NCBI RefSeq assembly: GCF_006345805.1
Contig: NC_043005.1
Coordinates: 48,918,001-48,982,000 of the forward strand
Origin: Octopus sinensis
Lineage: Eukaryota
Direction of reading: 5' to 3'
Length of the DNA stretch: 64,000 nt
Position 1 is the stretch's first letter. Each line of letters begins with the position of its first letter. The translations under genes were made by a program, and so were the position numbers. The notes beneath the pieces were generated by a model. The model had not been told where the DNA came from and made no database searches. It saw only the letters and a program-made list of their open reading frames with translations. This document shows, in pieces, positions 53,541 to 64,000 of the stretch.

Positions 53541-53838
53541 CTGTATAACTGCTTCAGCTGTATAGAACCACGGGCTACAATGAAAACGACTGTGATATAA
53601 ACTGGATAGAAAACCACCAGCCAAGACGTGTGGAAATACACGACGATCAATGGAGCTGTGAAAGACTCTGTGTAGGTATTCTTGGAAAACTGGGTGAAAC
53701 CAACCCATAGTGTACCGAGAATAATCGTGATCAGTACGCCGCAACTATATTGCTTTTGAGCTTCTGTGCAACTAAGATATGATTTGTAAGTTTCGGTCAT
53801 TGAGGACGAACTCACTATGTTGCTTTGCCCAGAGGTAT
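53541..53838 (-). CDS. SLC35F3/SLC35F4: SLC35F3/F4-like solute carrier (DMT/EamA fold), first coding exon visible in window: (D)TSGQSN...ILGTLWVGFTQFSKNTYTESFTAPLIVVYFHTSWLVVFYPVY...QLY
   Basis: Acceptor tttttcag|AT at 53838 and donor AG|gtaagt at 53541. 298 nt, phase 1 in, phase 2 out. The WVG.TQ..K.TY...F.AP...YF.TSW motif matches the SLC35F3/F4 N-terminal TM region as I recall it. Confidence 0.88.
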
Positions 53839-53880
53839 CTGAAAAATAAATAAATAAATAAATATAAGACCTTGTGTACG

Positions 53881-53914
<34 letters not shown>

Positions 53915-54055
53915 CACAGGGTGGGCCAAAAGTCACTCAAAATAAGTTCAAGACGCTCCGGAATTGTGAAAAACATGCTTCAATTTTTCTAAAATTGAAA
54001 AAGGAACTGATAAAATAATGAGGAGTACACACATGCTTGCACATGACGGACAAGA

Positions 54056-54114
<59 letters not shown>

Positions 54115-54389
54115 CTCAACAACAACAACTCTTAATCACGGACCTTTTGAGTGGGATATGCTACTCGACCTGAAGAAAAGTCTAACTGGACCCCACCTGC
54201 AAGGTTTTGCACTGTTTATTTTGATATGAAATCATCATGTTACGTGCATATGGTTGTGGTGCATGTACTTGGTATACCCTTATCGGAAGAGTAGTCATGA
54301 TGGGTATACTGGGCTTCGTATATTATACCCCAGTGTCACTTTGATGGCACGCACTGCTGTCTCACTAAATAATAATAAAAATAATAATA

Positions 54390-54690
54390 ATAATAAAATG
54401 ATCAAGAAGGGAACCGAAAATTATATGAGAATGATCCCTGGCTTACCATCCCTGCAAGAAGTGCAAAAGATTGTCTTAATTGGTACATCACACGTATTGA
54501 GAAGAGCATTGTCGCTGTGAGAGCTGTTACTGCCCGTGTATTTTAATTTAACCTTAAAAAAGAAAAAAAAAATGAACGAACTATTGAGTTTGGTTTAATG
54601 GCCTACCAATGTATACTATGAGTTTCTTTGTCCTAGGAGTCGGGAAGACGCTCGGCAAGAAATGGAAGCAAATTTGAAAGAAGAAGAAAA
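54390..54690 (+). mobile_element. Short 3' fragment of an R4/Dong-like LINE between (AAT)n tracts
   Basis: MIKKGTENYMRMIPGLPSLQEVQKIVLIGTSHVLRRALSL* resembles the C-terminus of the 21902-24038 element (GMIKK...IQKIALLGTAHILRRTLSIQ*). Confidence 0.75.
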
Positions 54691-54692
54691 AA

Positions 54693-54726
<34 letters not shown>

Positions 54727-55009
54727 AAGTAGTTTCAAGTTTTGACACAAAGCCAGCAATTTCGGGGAAGGTATTAAATTGATTACATCGGCGCCACTGT
54801 TCAACTGATACTTGTTTTATCGACCTCGAAAGGATGAAAGGCGAGTCGACCTCGACGAAATTAAAACTCAGAACATAAAGGCAGACGAAATGCCACCGAG
54901 AATTTTGCCCGGCGTGCTAACGATCCAGCCAACTCGCCATGATAATATTAATAAAACGTCAAATGTTTTGGTTCGTGATTTTTAGCCCACCCTATATATA
55001 TATATATAT

Positions 55010-55200
55010 ACACGAGAGGGTGCTGGAAGGTTCCTGGATTTGGGTAAAAGAAAATACAGGAAGATCACTTAATTATGATTTTATTCAACATATTCTCCTC
55101 TCAGGTTCACACGCTTATTACAGCAGCCCTTCAGTTTTTCTAAGCCCTGTAAAAGAACTCGGGAGGTTCGTGACTCCTTCAAAGCCAGGAATTTTCAGCA
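55010..55200. mobile_element. Probable mariner terminal remnant
   Basis: cacgagagggtgctggaaggttcctgg resembles a mariner TIR and follows a TA run; no ORF. Confidence 0.4.
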
Positions 55201-55882
55201 CCTCCTTGTCTGTCTGTATGTATGTATGTATGTATGTATGTATGTATGTATGTATGTACACGCCAATCATATGCTATCCGAGCTGTATGTATCCAAAATT
55301 CTGGCGACCCAACTCCACCACCATCGAAAATAGATGCAAAAGTAATATATCAAAGTCATTCTCGTAAATTGTAAATTGTATTAAAAAATGTAATCTACAA
55401 GACACCAGCAATGCGATGAGGAAAATAACGATTGATAACTATGTCGGAACAAGAAGTAGACGGTTCAAATCAGACCGACACACACTTATAATAAATATAC
55501 TCGTTCTTCAATTTATACAGAAGAAAATTAAGGCAACGAGCTGGCAGAATCGTTAGCTAGCCGGACAAAATGCTTAGCCGTATATTTTTTTATGTTCTGA
55601 TTTCAACTTCCACCGAAGTTGAGCACTGAGCGAAATTTCTGGACTTGCACCAAAATTTGAAATTAATATATACAAAAGGAACGCAACGCCTTTGGCTAAT
55701 CATATTTGGGACCTTCAAGAGAACAATATAAATATAAATAAGCAATAATACAGAGTGCTAATATGAATGTTAATGCTTCTGGAACAGCCCCGGCTCTCGA
55801 ATGCACGACGGAAAATACAACATAAATACACAACTCATGGGCTTACTCAATCAAAGAAATGATACAATATAATACTATAGAC

Positions 55883-56101
55883 CAGTGGTTTTCAACAAGG
55901 GTTCTGCGGAACCTTAGGGTTCCACCAGTACAGTCCAGGGGTTCCGCAAGAAGTTACAAAACTGCTAAAATCGGCAGTAATTTTTAATTCTCCTGTGCAG
56001 ATATGTGTGCATAAGACTATTAAATTATTGCCCAGGGGTTCCTCGAGCCAGTGGAATGTTTCCTTGAGGTTCCGCTCCAGCAAAAAGTTTGAAAAGCACT
56101 G
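55883..56101. mobile_element. Non-autonomous hAT-type MITE with 8-bp TSD
   Basis: TIRs CAGTGGTTTTCAAC / GTTTGAAAAGCACTG. Identical CTATAGAC at 55875-55882 and 56102-56109. Confidence 0.88.
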
Positions 56102-56761
56102 CTATAGACCCTAGAAAAATTCGTCTCTTAAAACTGATCCGAATTGCAAACAGGCTAAATATCTGATGGTATAATATCAGCGGAGGTGGCGGTGAAGAAA
56201 CAACAATACCGAATTCTACGAAACAACAGTTTTGACCGAACAGGAAAAATTGAAGTAACTAGTAATTTAGGGGTACCGACCACACAGAAGCTCTAAACAG
56301 AACTGCAAAATTTACAAACATCAAGTAGAACACCCACAGAGTTAATACAGACAGAAACAGCATAACGATTGCGGGGAAACCGGATATAACAAAACTGACC
56401 CATAAAAAATCCAATAAATCATTCAATAAAAAGTGACAACAAAATAACAAGCGAAAAAAAGATAACCCTCTCAATGAATTATCCAATGAAAATGAAGGAG
56501 ACTCTATTGAAAGCGGATGAACCAATACGTTCAACCTATGTTGACAAAATAACCGACGAATCAACCACTGAAAAGAAACAGCACGACAGTACTCCAACTG
56601 AAACACACGACTGTTATAAAATAATATTTAGAAACTAGTCAATAAAACCATAAACTATCCACAGAAACATGAGCATATTTCTATATAAGCTAGAAGAAAT
56701 ACCATAAAAATATTTCCCTGAAAGATCGTAGTATAGCTTTGTTAAGCTTATTTGCAAACAA

Positions 56762-57924
56762 ACAAGTGGAGACGAGAATACATTTGTCAAAGGTTTATTA
56801 CTTTCCGTACATCAGGGCTTAAGTCGTCAGCTATTTCTGTTTAGTTCACTCAGATTCGTTTCACACTCACTGCTGACATTCTTTTGTTTTCCTTCTCCTA
56901 CCGGAAGTCCCTTTTGTTTTTTACTGCTGACCAACTTCCTAGCTAGCCCGCAGCGAAGTTTCTGTCTACAGTTCGTCTGTCACGAATCCTGCACTACATA
57001 GCTCCCCCCACCCCAGAACTGTTGACTGTCATTGGAAACGGGAAGGCGTTTTAATTATCCAGCCCATCCGTGTTTTTGTGAACCGATGTTGAGAGAAAGG
57101 GTGCGACGACCGTATGCCTCGATTGTGGACCTGTTGGCAGCTGTTAAAGGTTGGCTCCGCTTTCCGTGACGGAGGTCCCTTGCCGACGCCGGTATCACGC
57201 TGACTTCTGCTCCTGTGTCGATGAGGAACCTGTGTCCGGAGCTGCGATCGTGGACATAGAGGAGCATTTGGTCATGTCTGCCGGCCACCAGGGCGTTCAC
57301 TGGCGGCCGACCCTGGAGTTTCTTTGGGACACTGGTGAAGGGGTCCCGGAGCTACTTGGTTGTTTGCACTTTGTCGCTTTTTTTTCCAAACTTTACATGG
57401 TAGAGGCACAAGTCATTATGCTTAACCCTACCCCGTCTCGGGGCTGACCCTATGGCGTTGACCATGACACGACTGGATAAAAATTTGTCAGCTACCTTTG
57501 CAAATTGCTGCAGGTCCTTGACTTGGGTCTGAGTTATGAGGGCCTGGACCTGGGGTGGCAGCTTGCGGAGGAATATTTCTTTAAACAAAAAGGAAGGTGA
57601 CTCACCGGTGAGGGGGGACTAATGCCAGCATCCTACCCGGATGGCTTGGAATCGCTTGATTCCTCTTCCATTATCTTGGCTGCCACTTCTCTTTCACCAA
57701 ATCGGAATGTATCCACTACTCTATCTTTCAATGTGGCCTAATTTTTTTGTTGGTGGGGGATGGGTTGAAATGTCCAGCACCCTCGTTGCCGTGTCTTCGT
57801 CTAGTGCCGCCACAACGTGCGAGTACTTCGTTTGGTCGGCCGTTACCTTGCTTATATTAAATTAAAATTCCGCCTGCGTGAACCACAGTTCAGCCCTCTT
57901 AGGCCAGAACTGTGCTAGCCTAGG
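56762..57924 (-). mobile_element. Internally deleted Ty3/Gypsy LTR retrotransposon: gag, protease, pol C-terminal tip, PPT and 3' LTR
   Basis: gag FWPKRAELWFTQAE...KYSHVVAALD...FKEIFLRKLP; protease HRFLIDTGAEVSVIP; pol end TRMGWIIKTPSRFQ*; PPT ggggtggggggagcta at 56999-57014; LTR starts TGTAGTGC at 56998 and contains AATAAA. Confidence 0.85.
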
Positions 57925-58818
57925 ATGTAGTGCGATGTGTTGCTATTAAGCTAATATTATTGCATGCACTTTGCGTACTTGCATGTTATTAGATCTATTA
58001 GCTGTCAATTCTGTATAACAGCTTGGTTAGTCATTCGCATAAAATAAGTGTAAAAGATCGTGTGCGACAACGACTTGATTTTGATAAACATCGTATGACG
58101 GGGAAATGCCGTCGACGGTTAAGAATGGATTTTCTGTTATTGAGGCAGATATGAGAGAAGCTTGCTAGCGATGTATTAACTCTGCAGCAAGAATAATAGA
58201 TTTTGTGAACACTAATGACACAAAGTAAAATTTCAGATTTGTTTTAATCTGAAGCATATGTGATGGCTATGCAAAAAAATTCGGTAACGGTGAAAACTCC
58301 CGGAACATGAAATGAATTTTAACAACATAAGATATTTGACAATGTCATCGAATCGTCTTCCAAAGAATTTGATTATTCTCAAACAATACGTGAATCAGTT
58401 CACTTCGTTTTCACGAATATGCAAAATTTGGGACTAAAGGACAAATCACTGAAACCTATTTGATTGAAATGAAAGTCAGGGATTGCATGCAATCGCCTGG
58501 GCACCGTGTGAAAACATTAGAATATTTTTCATCATGTGATCAGAATCTTAATGAATGCATTGAATTCATTCTATAGCCAAAAATGATTTCGTTCAGATGA
58601 CTGAAAGTAAAAGATAAAAAAGGCAAGAGTGATCTTGATGATATCACTGTGTCACAAGGTGATAGAGACAACCATAAATCTGATTATAATGTCGCTTCTG
58701 TAAATATAAAGCAAACAGCATCAAAATGTTCTGCATTTAGAGTTGTGAATATAAGCGTTAATTAAGCGTTATGAGTTTAGCTGGCGGGCGTGAGATTAAT
58801 AACTGAGTCTGCCAAACA

Positions 58819-58881
<63 letters not shown>

Positions 58882-59041
58882 ATCTGGCGTGTGATTTGCT
58901 GTATTTGTTTTCCGTGAGAGTTTGGCGCGCTGTTAGTTGGGGCATTTGAATTATAACGTCGGATGTAATCAATTGAACCACACGCGTATTTATCGTTATG
59001 GTAAAATCTGGCGTGTGATTGAGTGGATTTCATCCAGATAG

Positions 59042-59123
59042 TTTTGGCCGATGAGCTACAAGTGGATTTTTTTGTAAGTAAAATTACATTTAATTCATTA
59101 ATAGCGAAACAATTGTCCCAAAA
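59042..59123 (+). ncRNA. Type I hammerhead ribozyme motif, array copy 1
   Basis: Helix I TTTTGG(59042-47)/CCAAAA(59118-23); core CCGATGA (59048-54, U4C variant); helix II GCTA/TAGC closing an extended stem-loop; GAAA (59106-09); helix III ACAATTGT (palindromic); GUC triplet with predicted cleavage after 59117. Confidence 0.8.
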
Positions 59124-59585
59124 TAATCTGTATTTTTGTTATTCTTTATTTGCCCTGTCCGTGTGAGCTAACAATCGTACTGACTTTCATGGGAAGCATG
59201 TATTTTTAGTGGTTGTTTGAAACCTTTTGGATTAACTGGTGCTAGAGTGAGCCATATAGTGACCACTCTCTTATATTTATTTTGTAAAAATATTATAATA
59301 TATTATAAATATTATAATAATCCAGGTTTCTCGGTGCACTAGGCCACTTGGTGTTGAATGGATATACTATTAAATTAGTATCTAATTCTCTCACCCTTAT
59401 TAATTAATTATAATTATGCTGCATTTATTTCTAAATGCTGTATTATTTGTTTTCCGTGAGAGTTTGGCGCGCTGTTAGTTGGGGCATTTGAATTATAACG
59501 TCGGATGTGAATCAATTTGAACCACACGCGTATTTATCGTTATGGTAAAATCTGGCGTGTGATTGAGTGGATTTCATCCAGATAG

Positions 59586-59667
59586 TTTTGGCCGATGAGC
59601 TACAAGTGGATTTTTTTGTAAGTAAAATTACATTTAATTCATTAATAGCGAAACAATTGTCCCAAAA
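59586..59667 (+). ncRNA. Type I hammerhead ribozyme motif, array copy 2
   Basis: Same elements as copy 1; predicted cleavage after 59661. Confidence 0.78.
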
Positions 59668-60118
59668 TAATCTGTATTTTTGTTATTTTATTTGCCCTGT
59701 CCGTGTGAGCTAACAATCGTACTGACTTTCATGGGAAGCATGTATTTTTAGTGGTTGAAACCTTTTGGATTAACTGGTGCTAGAGTGAGCCATATAGTGA
59801 CCACTCTCTTATATTTATTTTGTAAAAATATTATAATATATTATAAAATATTATAATAATCCAGGTTTCTCGGAGCACTAGGCCACTTGGTGTTGAATGG
59901 ATATACTATTAAATTAGTATCTAATTCTCTCACCCTTATTAATTAATTATAATTATGCTGCATTTATTTCTAAATGCTGTATTTGTTTTCCGTGAGAGTT
60001 TGGCGCGCTGTTAGTTGGGGCATTTGAATTATAAGTCGGATGTAATCAATTGAACCACACGCGTATTTATCGTTATGGTAAAATCTGGCGTGTGATTGAG
60101 TGGATTTCATCCAGATAG

Positions 60119-60199
60119 TTTTGGCCGATGAGCTAAAGTGGATTTTTTTGTAAGTAAAATTACATTTAATTCATTAATAGCGAAACAATTGTCCCAAAA
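60119..60199 (+). ncRNA. Type I hammerhead ribozyme motif, array copy 3
   Basis: Same elements, with a 1-nt deletion in the helix II extension; predicted cleavage after 60193. Confidence 0.76.
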
Positions 60200-60649
60200 T
60201 AATCTGATTTGTTATTCTTTATTTGCCCTGTCGTGTGAGCTAACAATCGTACTGACTTCATGGGAAGCATGTATTTTTAGTGGTTGAAACCTTTTGGATT
60301 AACTGGTGCTAGAGTGAGCCATATAGTGACCACTCTCTTATATTTATTGTTGTAAAAATATTATAATATATTATAAAATATTATAATAATCCAGGTTTCT
60401 CGGTGCACTAGGCCACTTGGTGTTGAATGGATATACTATTAAATTAGTATCTAATTCTCTCACCCTTATTAATTAATTATAATTATGCTGCATTTATTTC
60501 TAAATGCTTTGTATTTGTTTTCCGTGAGAGTTTGGCGCGCTGTTAGTTGGGGCATTTGAATTATAACGTCGGATGTAATCAATTGAACCACACGCGTATT
60601 TATCGTTATGGTAAAATCTGGCGTGATTGAGTGGATTTCATCCAGATAG

Positions 60650-60730
60650 TTTTGGCCGATGAGCTACAAGTGGATTTTTTTGTAAGTAAAATTACATTAA
60701 TTCATTAATAGCGAAACAATTGTCCCAAAA
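60650..60730 (+). ncRNA. Type I hammerhead ribozyme motif, array copy 4
   Basis: Same elements; predicted cleavage after 60724. Confidence 0.76.
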
Positions 60731-61181
60731 TAATCTGTATTTTTGTTATTTTTATTTGCCCTGTCCGTGTGAGCTAAAAATCGTACTGACTTTCATGGGA
60801 AGCATGTATTTTTAGTGGTTGAAACCTTTTGGATTAACTGGTGCTAGAGTGAGCCATATAGTGACCACTCTCTTATATTTATTTTGTAAAAATATTATAA
60901 TATATTTAAAATATTATAATAATCCAGGTTTCTCGGAGCACTAGGCCACTTGGTGTTGAATGGATATACTATTAAATTAGTATCTAATTCTCTCACCCTT
61001 ATTAATTAATTATAATTATGCTGCATTTATTTCTAAATGCTGTATTTGTTTTCCGTGAGAGTTTGGCGCGCTGTTAGTTGGGGCATTTGAATTATAACGT
61101 CGGATGTAATCATTGAACCACACGCGTATTTATCGTTATGGTAAAATCTGGCGTGTGATTGAGTGGATTTCATCCAGATAG

Positions 61182-61266
61182 TTTTGGCCGATGAGCTACA
61201 AGTGGATTTTTTTGTAAGTAAAATTAAATTTAATTCATTCATAATAGCGAAACAATTGTCCCAAAA
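61182..61266 (+). ncRNA. Type I hammerhead ribozyme motif, array copy 5
   Basis: Same core, with small changes in the helix II extension; predicted cleavage after 61260. Confidence 0.75.
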
Positions 61267-61713
61267 TAATCTGTATTTTTGTTATTCTTTATTTGCCCTG
61301 TCCGTGTGAGCTAACAATCGTACTGACTTTCATGGGAAGCATGTATTTTTAGTGGTTGAAACCTTTTGGATTAACTGGTGCTAGAGTGAGCCATATAGTG
61401 ACCACTCTCTTATATTTATTTTGTAAAATATTATAATATATTATAAAATATTATAATAATCCAGGTTCTCGGAGCACTAGGCCATTGGTGTTGAATGGAT
61501 ATACTATTAAATTAGTATCTAATTCTCTCACCTTATTAATTAATTATAATTATGCTGCATTTATTTCTAAATGCTGATTTGTTTTCCGTGAGAGTTTGCG
61601 CGCTGTTAGTTGGGGCATTTGAATTATAACGTCGGATGTAATCAATTGAACCACACGCGTATTTATCGTTATGTAAAATCTGGCGTGTGATTGAGTGGAT
61701 TTCATCCAGATAG

Positions 61714-61793
61714 TTTGGGCGATGAGCTACAAGTGGATTTTTTGTAAGTAAAATTACATTTAATTCATTAATAGCGAAACAATTGTCCCAAAA
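61714..61793 (+). ncRNA. Type I hammerhead ribozyme motif, array copy 6 (core altered)
   Basis: Reads tttgggcgatga instead of ttttggccgatga (mutation or assembly error). The 3' half is intact; GUC ends at 61787. Confidence 0.55.
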
Positions 61794-62247
61794 TAATCTG
61801 TATTTTTGTTATTCTTTATTTGCCCTGTCCGTGTGAGCTAACAATCGTACTGACTTTCATGGGAAGCATGTATTTTTAGTGGTTGAAACCTTTTGGATTA
61901 ACTGGTGCTAGAGTGAGCCATATAGTGACCACTCTCTTATATTTATTTTGTAAAAATATTATAATATATTATAAAATATTATAATAATCCAGGTTTCTCG
62001 GAGCACTAGGCCACTTGGTGTTGAATGGATATACTATTAAATTAGTATCTAATTCTCTCACCCTTATTAATTAATTATAATTATGCTGCATTTATTTCTA
62101 AATGCTGTATTTGTTTTCCGTGAGAGTTTGGCGCGCTGTTAGTTGGGGCATTTGAATTATAACGTCGGATGTAATCAATTGAACCACACGCGTATTTATC
62201 GTTATGGTAAAATCTGGCGTGTGATTGAGTGGATTTCATCCAGATAG

Positions 62248-62329
62248 TTTTGGCCGATGAGCTACAAGTGGATTTTTTTGTAAGTAAAATTACATTTAAT
62301 TCATTAATAGCGAAACAATTGTCCCAAAA
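62248..62329 (+). ncRNA. Type I hammerhead ribozyme motif, array copy 7
   Basis: Same elements as copy 1; predicted cleavage after 62323. Confidence 0.78.
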
Positions 62330-62604
62330 TAATCTGTATTTTTGTTATTCTTTATTTGCCCTGTCCGTGTGAGCTAACAATCGTACTGACTTTCACGGGA
62401 AGCATGTATTTTTAGTGGTTGAAACCTTTTGATTAACTGGTGCTAGAGTGAGCCATATAGTGACCACTCTCTTATATTTATTTTGTAAAAATATTATAAT
62501 ATATTATAAAATATTATAATAATCCAGGTTCTCGGAGCACTAGGCCACTTGGTGTTGAATGGATATACTATTAAATTAGTATCTAATTCTCTCACCCTTA
62601 TTAA

Positions 62605-62655
<51 letters not shown>

Positions 62656-62899
62656 ATACACAACATACATACATATATATACATATATGTATGTACACAT
62701 ACATATATCGGTACGCCTGGCAAACAGTGATGTTTAAGCTGCATGCGGATTGGTCAAAAAGGTATTCTAAAAATTCAGCTTGTTGGAGCGCTTCAAGAGG
62801 TACTTAAGTTGTCAAGAACTCAACTGTCAGTTAAACACAATTGAAATCTGATGATTATACAATATATGAAAGCGCTAATTTAATTTTATGAGCCTAACA

Positions 62900-63680
62900 A
62901 AATATTGGCATTACTAAGCTCTACAGAAATACGCTGCAGGTGATGACAGATGGCCTATACAGTTCGGACGCGAAATCAAGTCTGCGGATTAGCTCTTAAA
63001 AAAACAAGTAACGCGAATTGGTGAAACCCAAGCAAAATTTATCAATCTTGGACAAGACGAAATCGTGCACGTCGATAATTTAAGATACCTCGGAAGCTGT
63101 ATTTTCAATGGGTAATGTAGAAGTTGAAGTCAAAACCAGTATAAGTAAGGCAACGTAATATTCCAGCGCCTTTCTCCAATATGGAGATCGAAGGCCATCA
63201 GTAAGAAGATAAAGCTGCAGTGATACTCATCTATTTTTATATCAACAACCCGAAATCTGGAAGAAAACAGCGTATATATCTCTCAACTGCCGGACGTGTT
63301 CAATCGATGCTGCCTACGTTCAATCCCTAGCATCTATCTCTTACCGAGACAGAATGAGAAACGAAGAAGTGATGAGAAGAGCTGGCATGGGAAATTTATA
63401 GGATGTGGTGACTAAGCCATAGATATAGTTTACTAGCCATTTGCTTTGATTACCGCAGGAAAGACATGCTGCCCTCGTGATGGAGTAGACGCCGGAAATA
63501 AAGAAAAAGACAGAGAAGAAGACCATGGAAGACGTGGAGCAGTATATTCAGCAATGGCATGGTAGCGATGGGAGTCGGCCAGGGTAGCGCTAAGTGGAAA
63601 CTGAACAATCGGGATGTTTGGGGAAGACTGGTTTCCCATTGTGCTGACAGCATTGGAGGATCTAAGAGTTAAGAACTAAG
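62900..63680 (+). mobile_element. Degenerate RTE-like LINE 3' fragment
   Basis: YLGSCI, IWRSKAISKKIKL, DVFNRCCLRSI, RNEEVMRRAG across frames; short-repeat tail ctaagagttaagaactaagag. Confidence 0.65.
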
Positions 63681-64000
63681 AGGGCTCAGATAACATCACA
63701 AATAGGAGAATAGCAAATAAGGGAATATCTTTGGTATGGATAGCGAAATGAGAACAATCTGTCCCCGTGGATTAAAATAAGGGTTTGATTCGAAATTCCG
63801 AGCACATAACCAAATACGATACGCACTTGAAAGAGACTGAAAAAAACAACAACTGAAACGTTATGACTAGAGAAATCCAGGCGAAAACCCCAGTTTGAAT
63901 TTGTCCGGATAATTATAAGAATTTCTCATTTCAGAAATCCAGAGAAAGACTATCATTTTAAGTAGCATGTAAATCTATAGAAAAGATTAAGGAAATTAAA

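Larger units (their letters stand above)
58897..62612 (+). repeat. Head-to-tail tandem array, about 7 copies of a ~535-bp unit, flanked on both sides by (TA)n
   Basis: Unit starts (tgctgtatttgttttccgtgag) at 58897, 59436, 59975, 60505, 61038, 61572 and 62103. The last unit stops about 20 nt short at a TA run. Copies differ mostly by 1-nt indels. Confidence 0.97.

Noticed and set aside
56130-56620. A-rich plus-strand stretch resembling a decayed retroelement ORF
   Set aside because: Multiple stops and no identifiable motif.
58897-62612. CRISPR array, Helitron fragment (minus-strand ...YHNDKY...RRYNSNAPT resembling Helitron RRYNAPT) or mitochondrial control-region NUMT
   Set aside because: There are no variable spacers or cas genes and the context is eukaryotic. 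The Helitron likeness is a few residues with stops and no TC/CTRR termini. No adjacent mitochondrial genes are seen. The hammerhead fold explains the unit better.
53839-64000. Search for the upstream (first) exon of the SLC35F gene
   Set aside because: No candidate with a convincing phase-1 donor and coding context was found; apparent donors lie inside LINE debris.

Overview
AT-rich, microsatellite-dense eukaryotic genomic DNA. The SINE and microsatellite landscape suggests an octopod/coleoid cephalopod; this is an inference from repeat content, not verified. One protein-coding gene is supported: a minus-strand SLC35F3/F4-like solute carrier with 7 coding exons hand-spliced between 53838 and 18357 (GT-AG introns, continuous frame, about 380 aa; the 5' exon was not found in the window). 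The rest is mostly transposable-element debris: tRNA-derived SINEs, R4/Dong-like and other RLE LINEs in (TAA)n or (CA)n, RTE, CR1, L1/Tx1, mariner, a hAT MITE with an 8-bp TSD and an internally deleted Ty3/Gypsy element. There is also a tRNA-Lys(UUU)-like pseudogene. The main hidden signal is RNA-structural. A 7-copy, ~535-bp tandem array (58897-62612) flanked by (TA)n carries one type I hammerhead-ribozyme fold per unit (CCGAUGA core, GUC cleavage triplet, palindromic helix III), as expected for a retrozyme or Penelope-pLTR-like multimer. Several intronic palindromes contain further hammerhead motifs. All ribozyme calls come from manual base-pairing; activity is untested.
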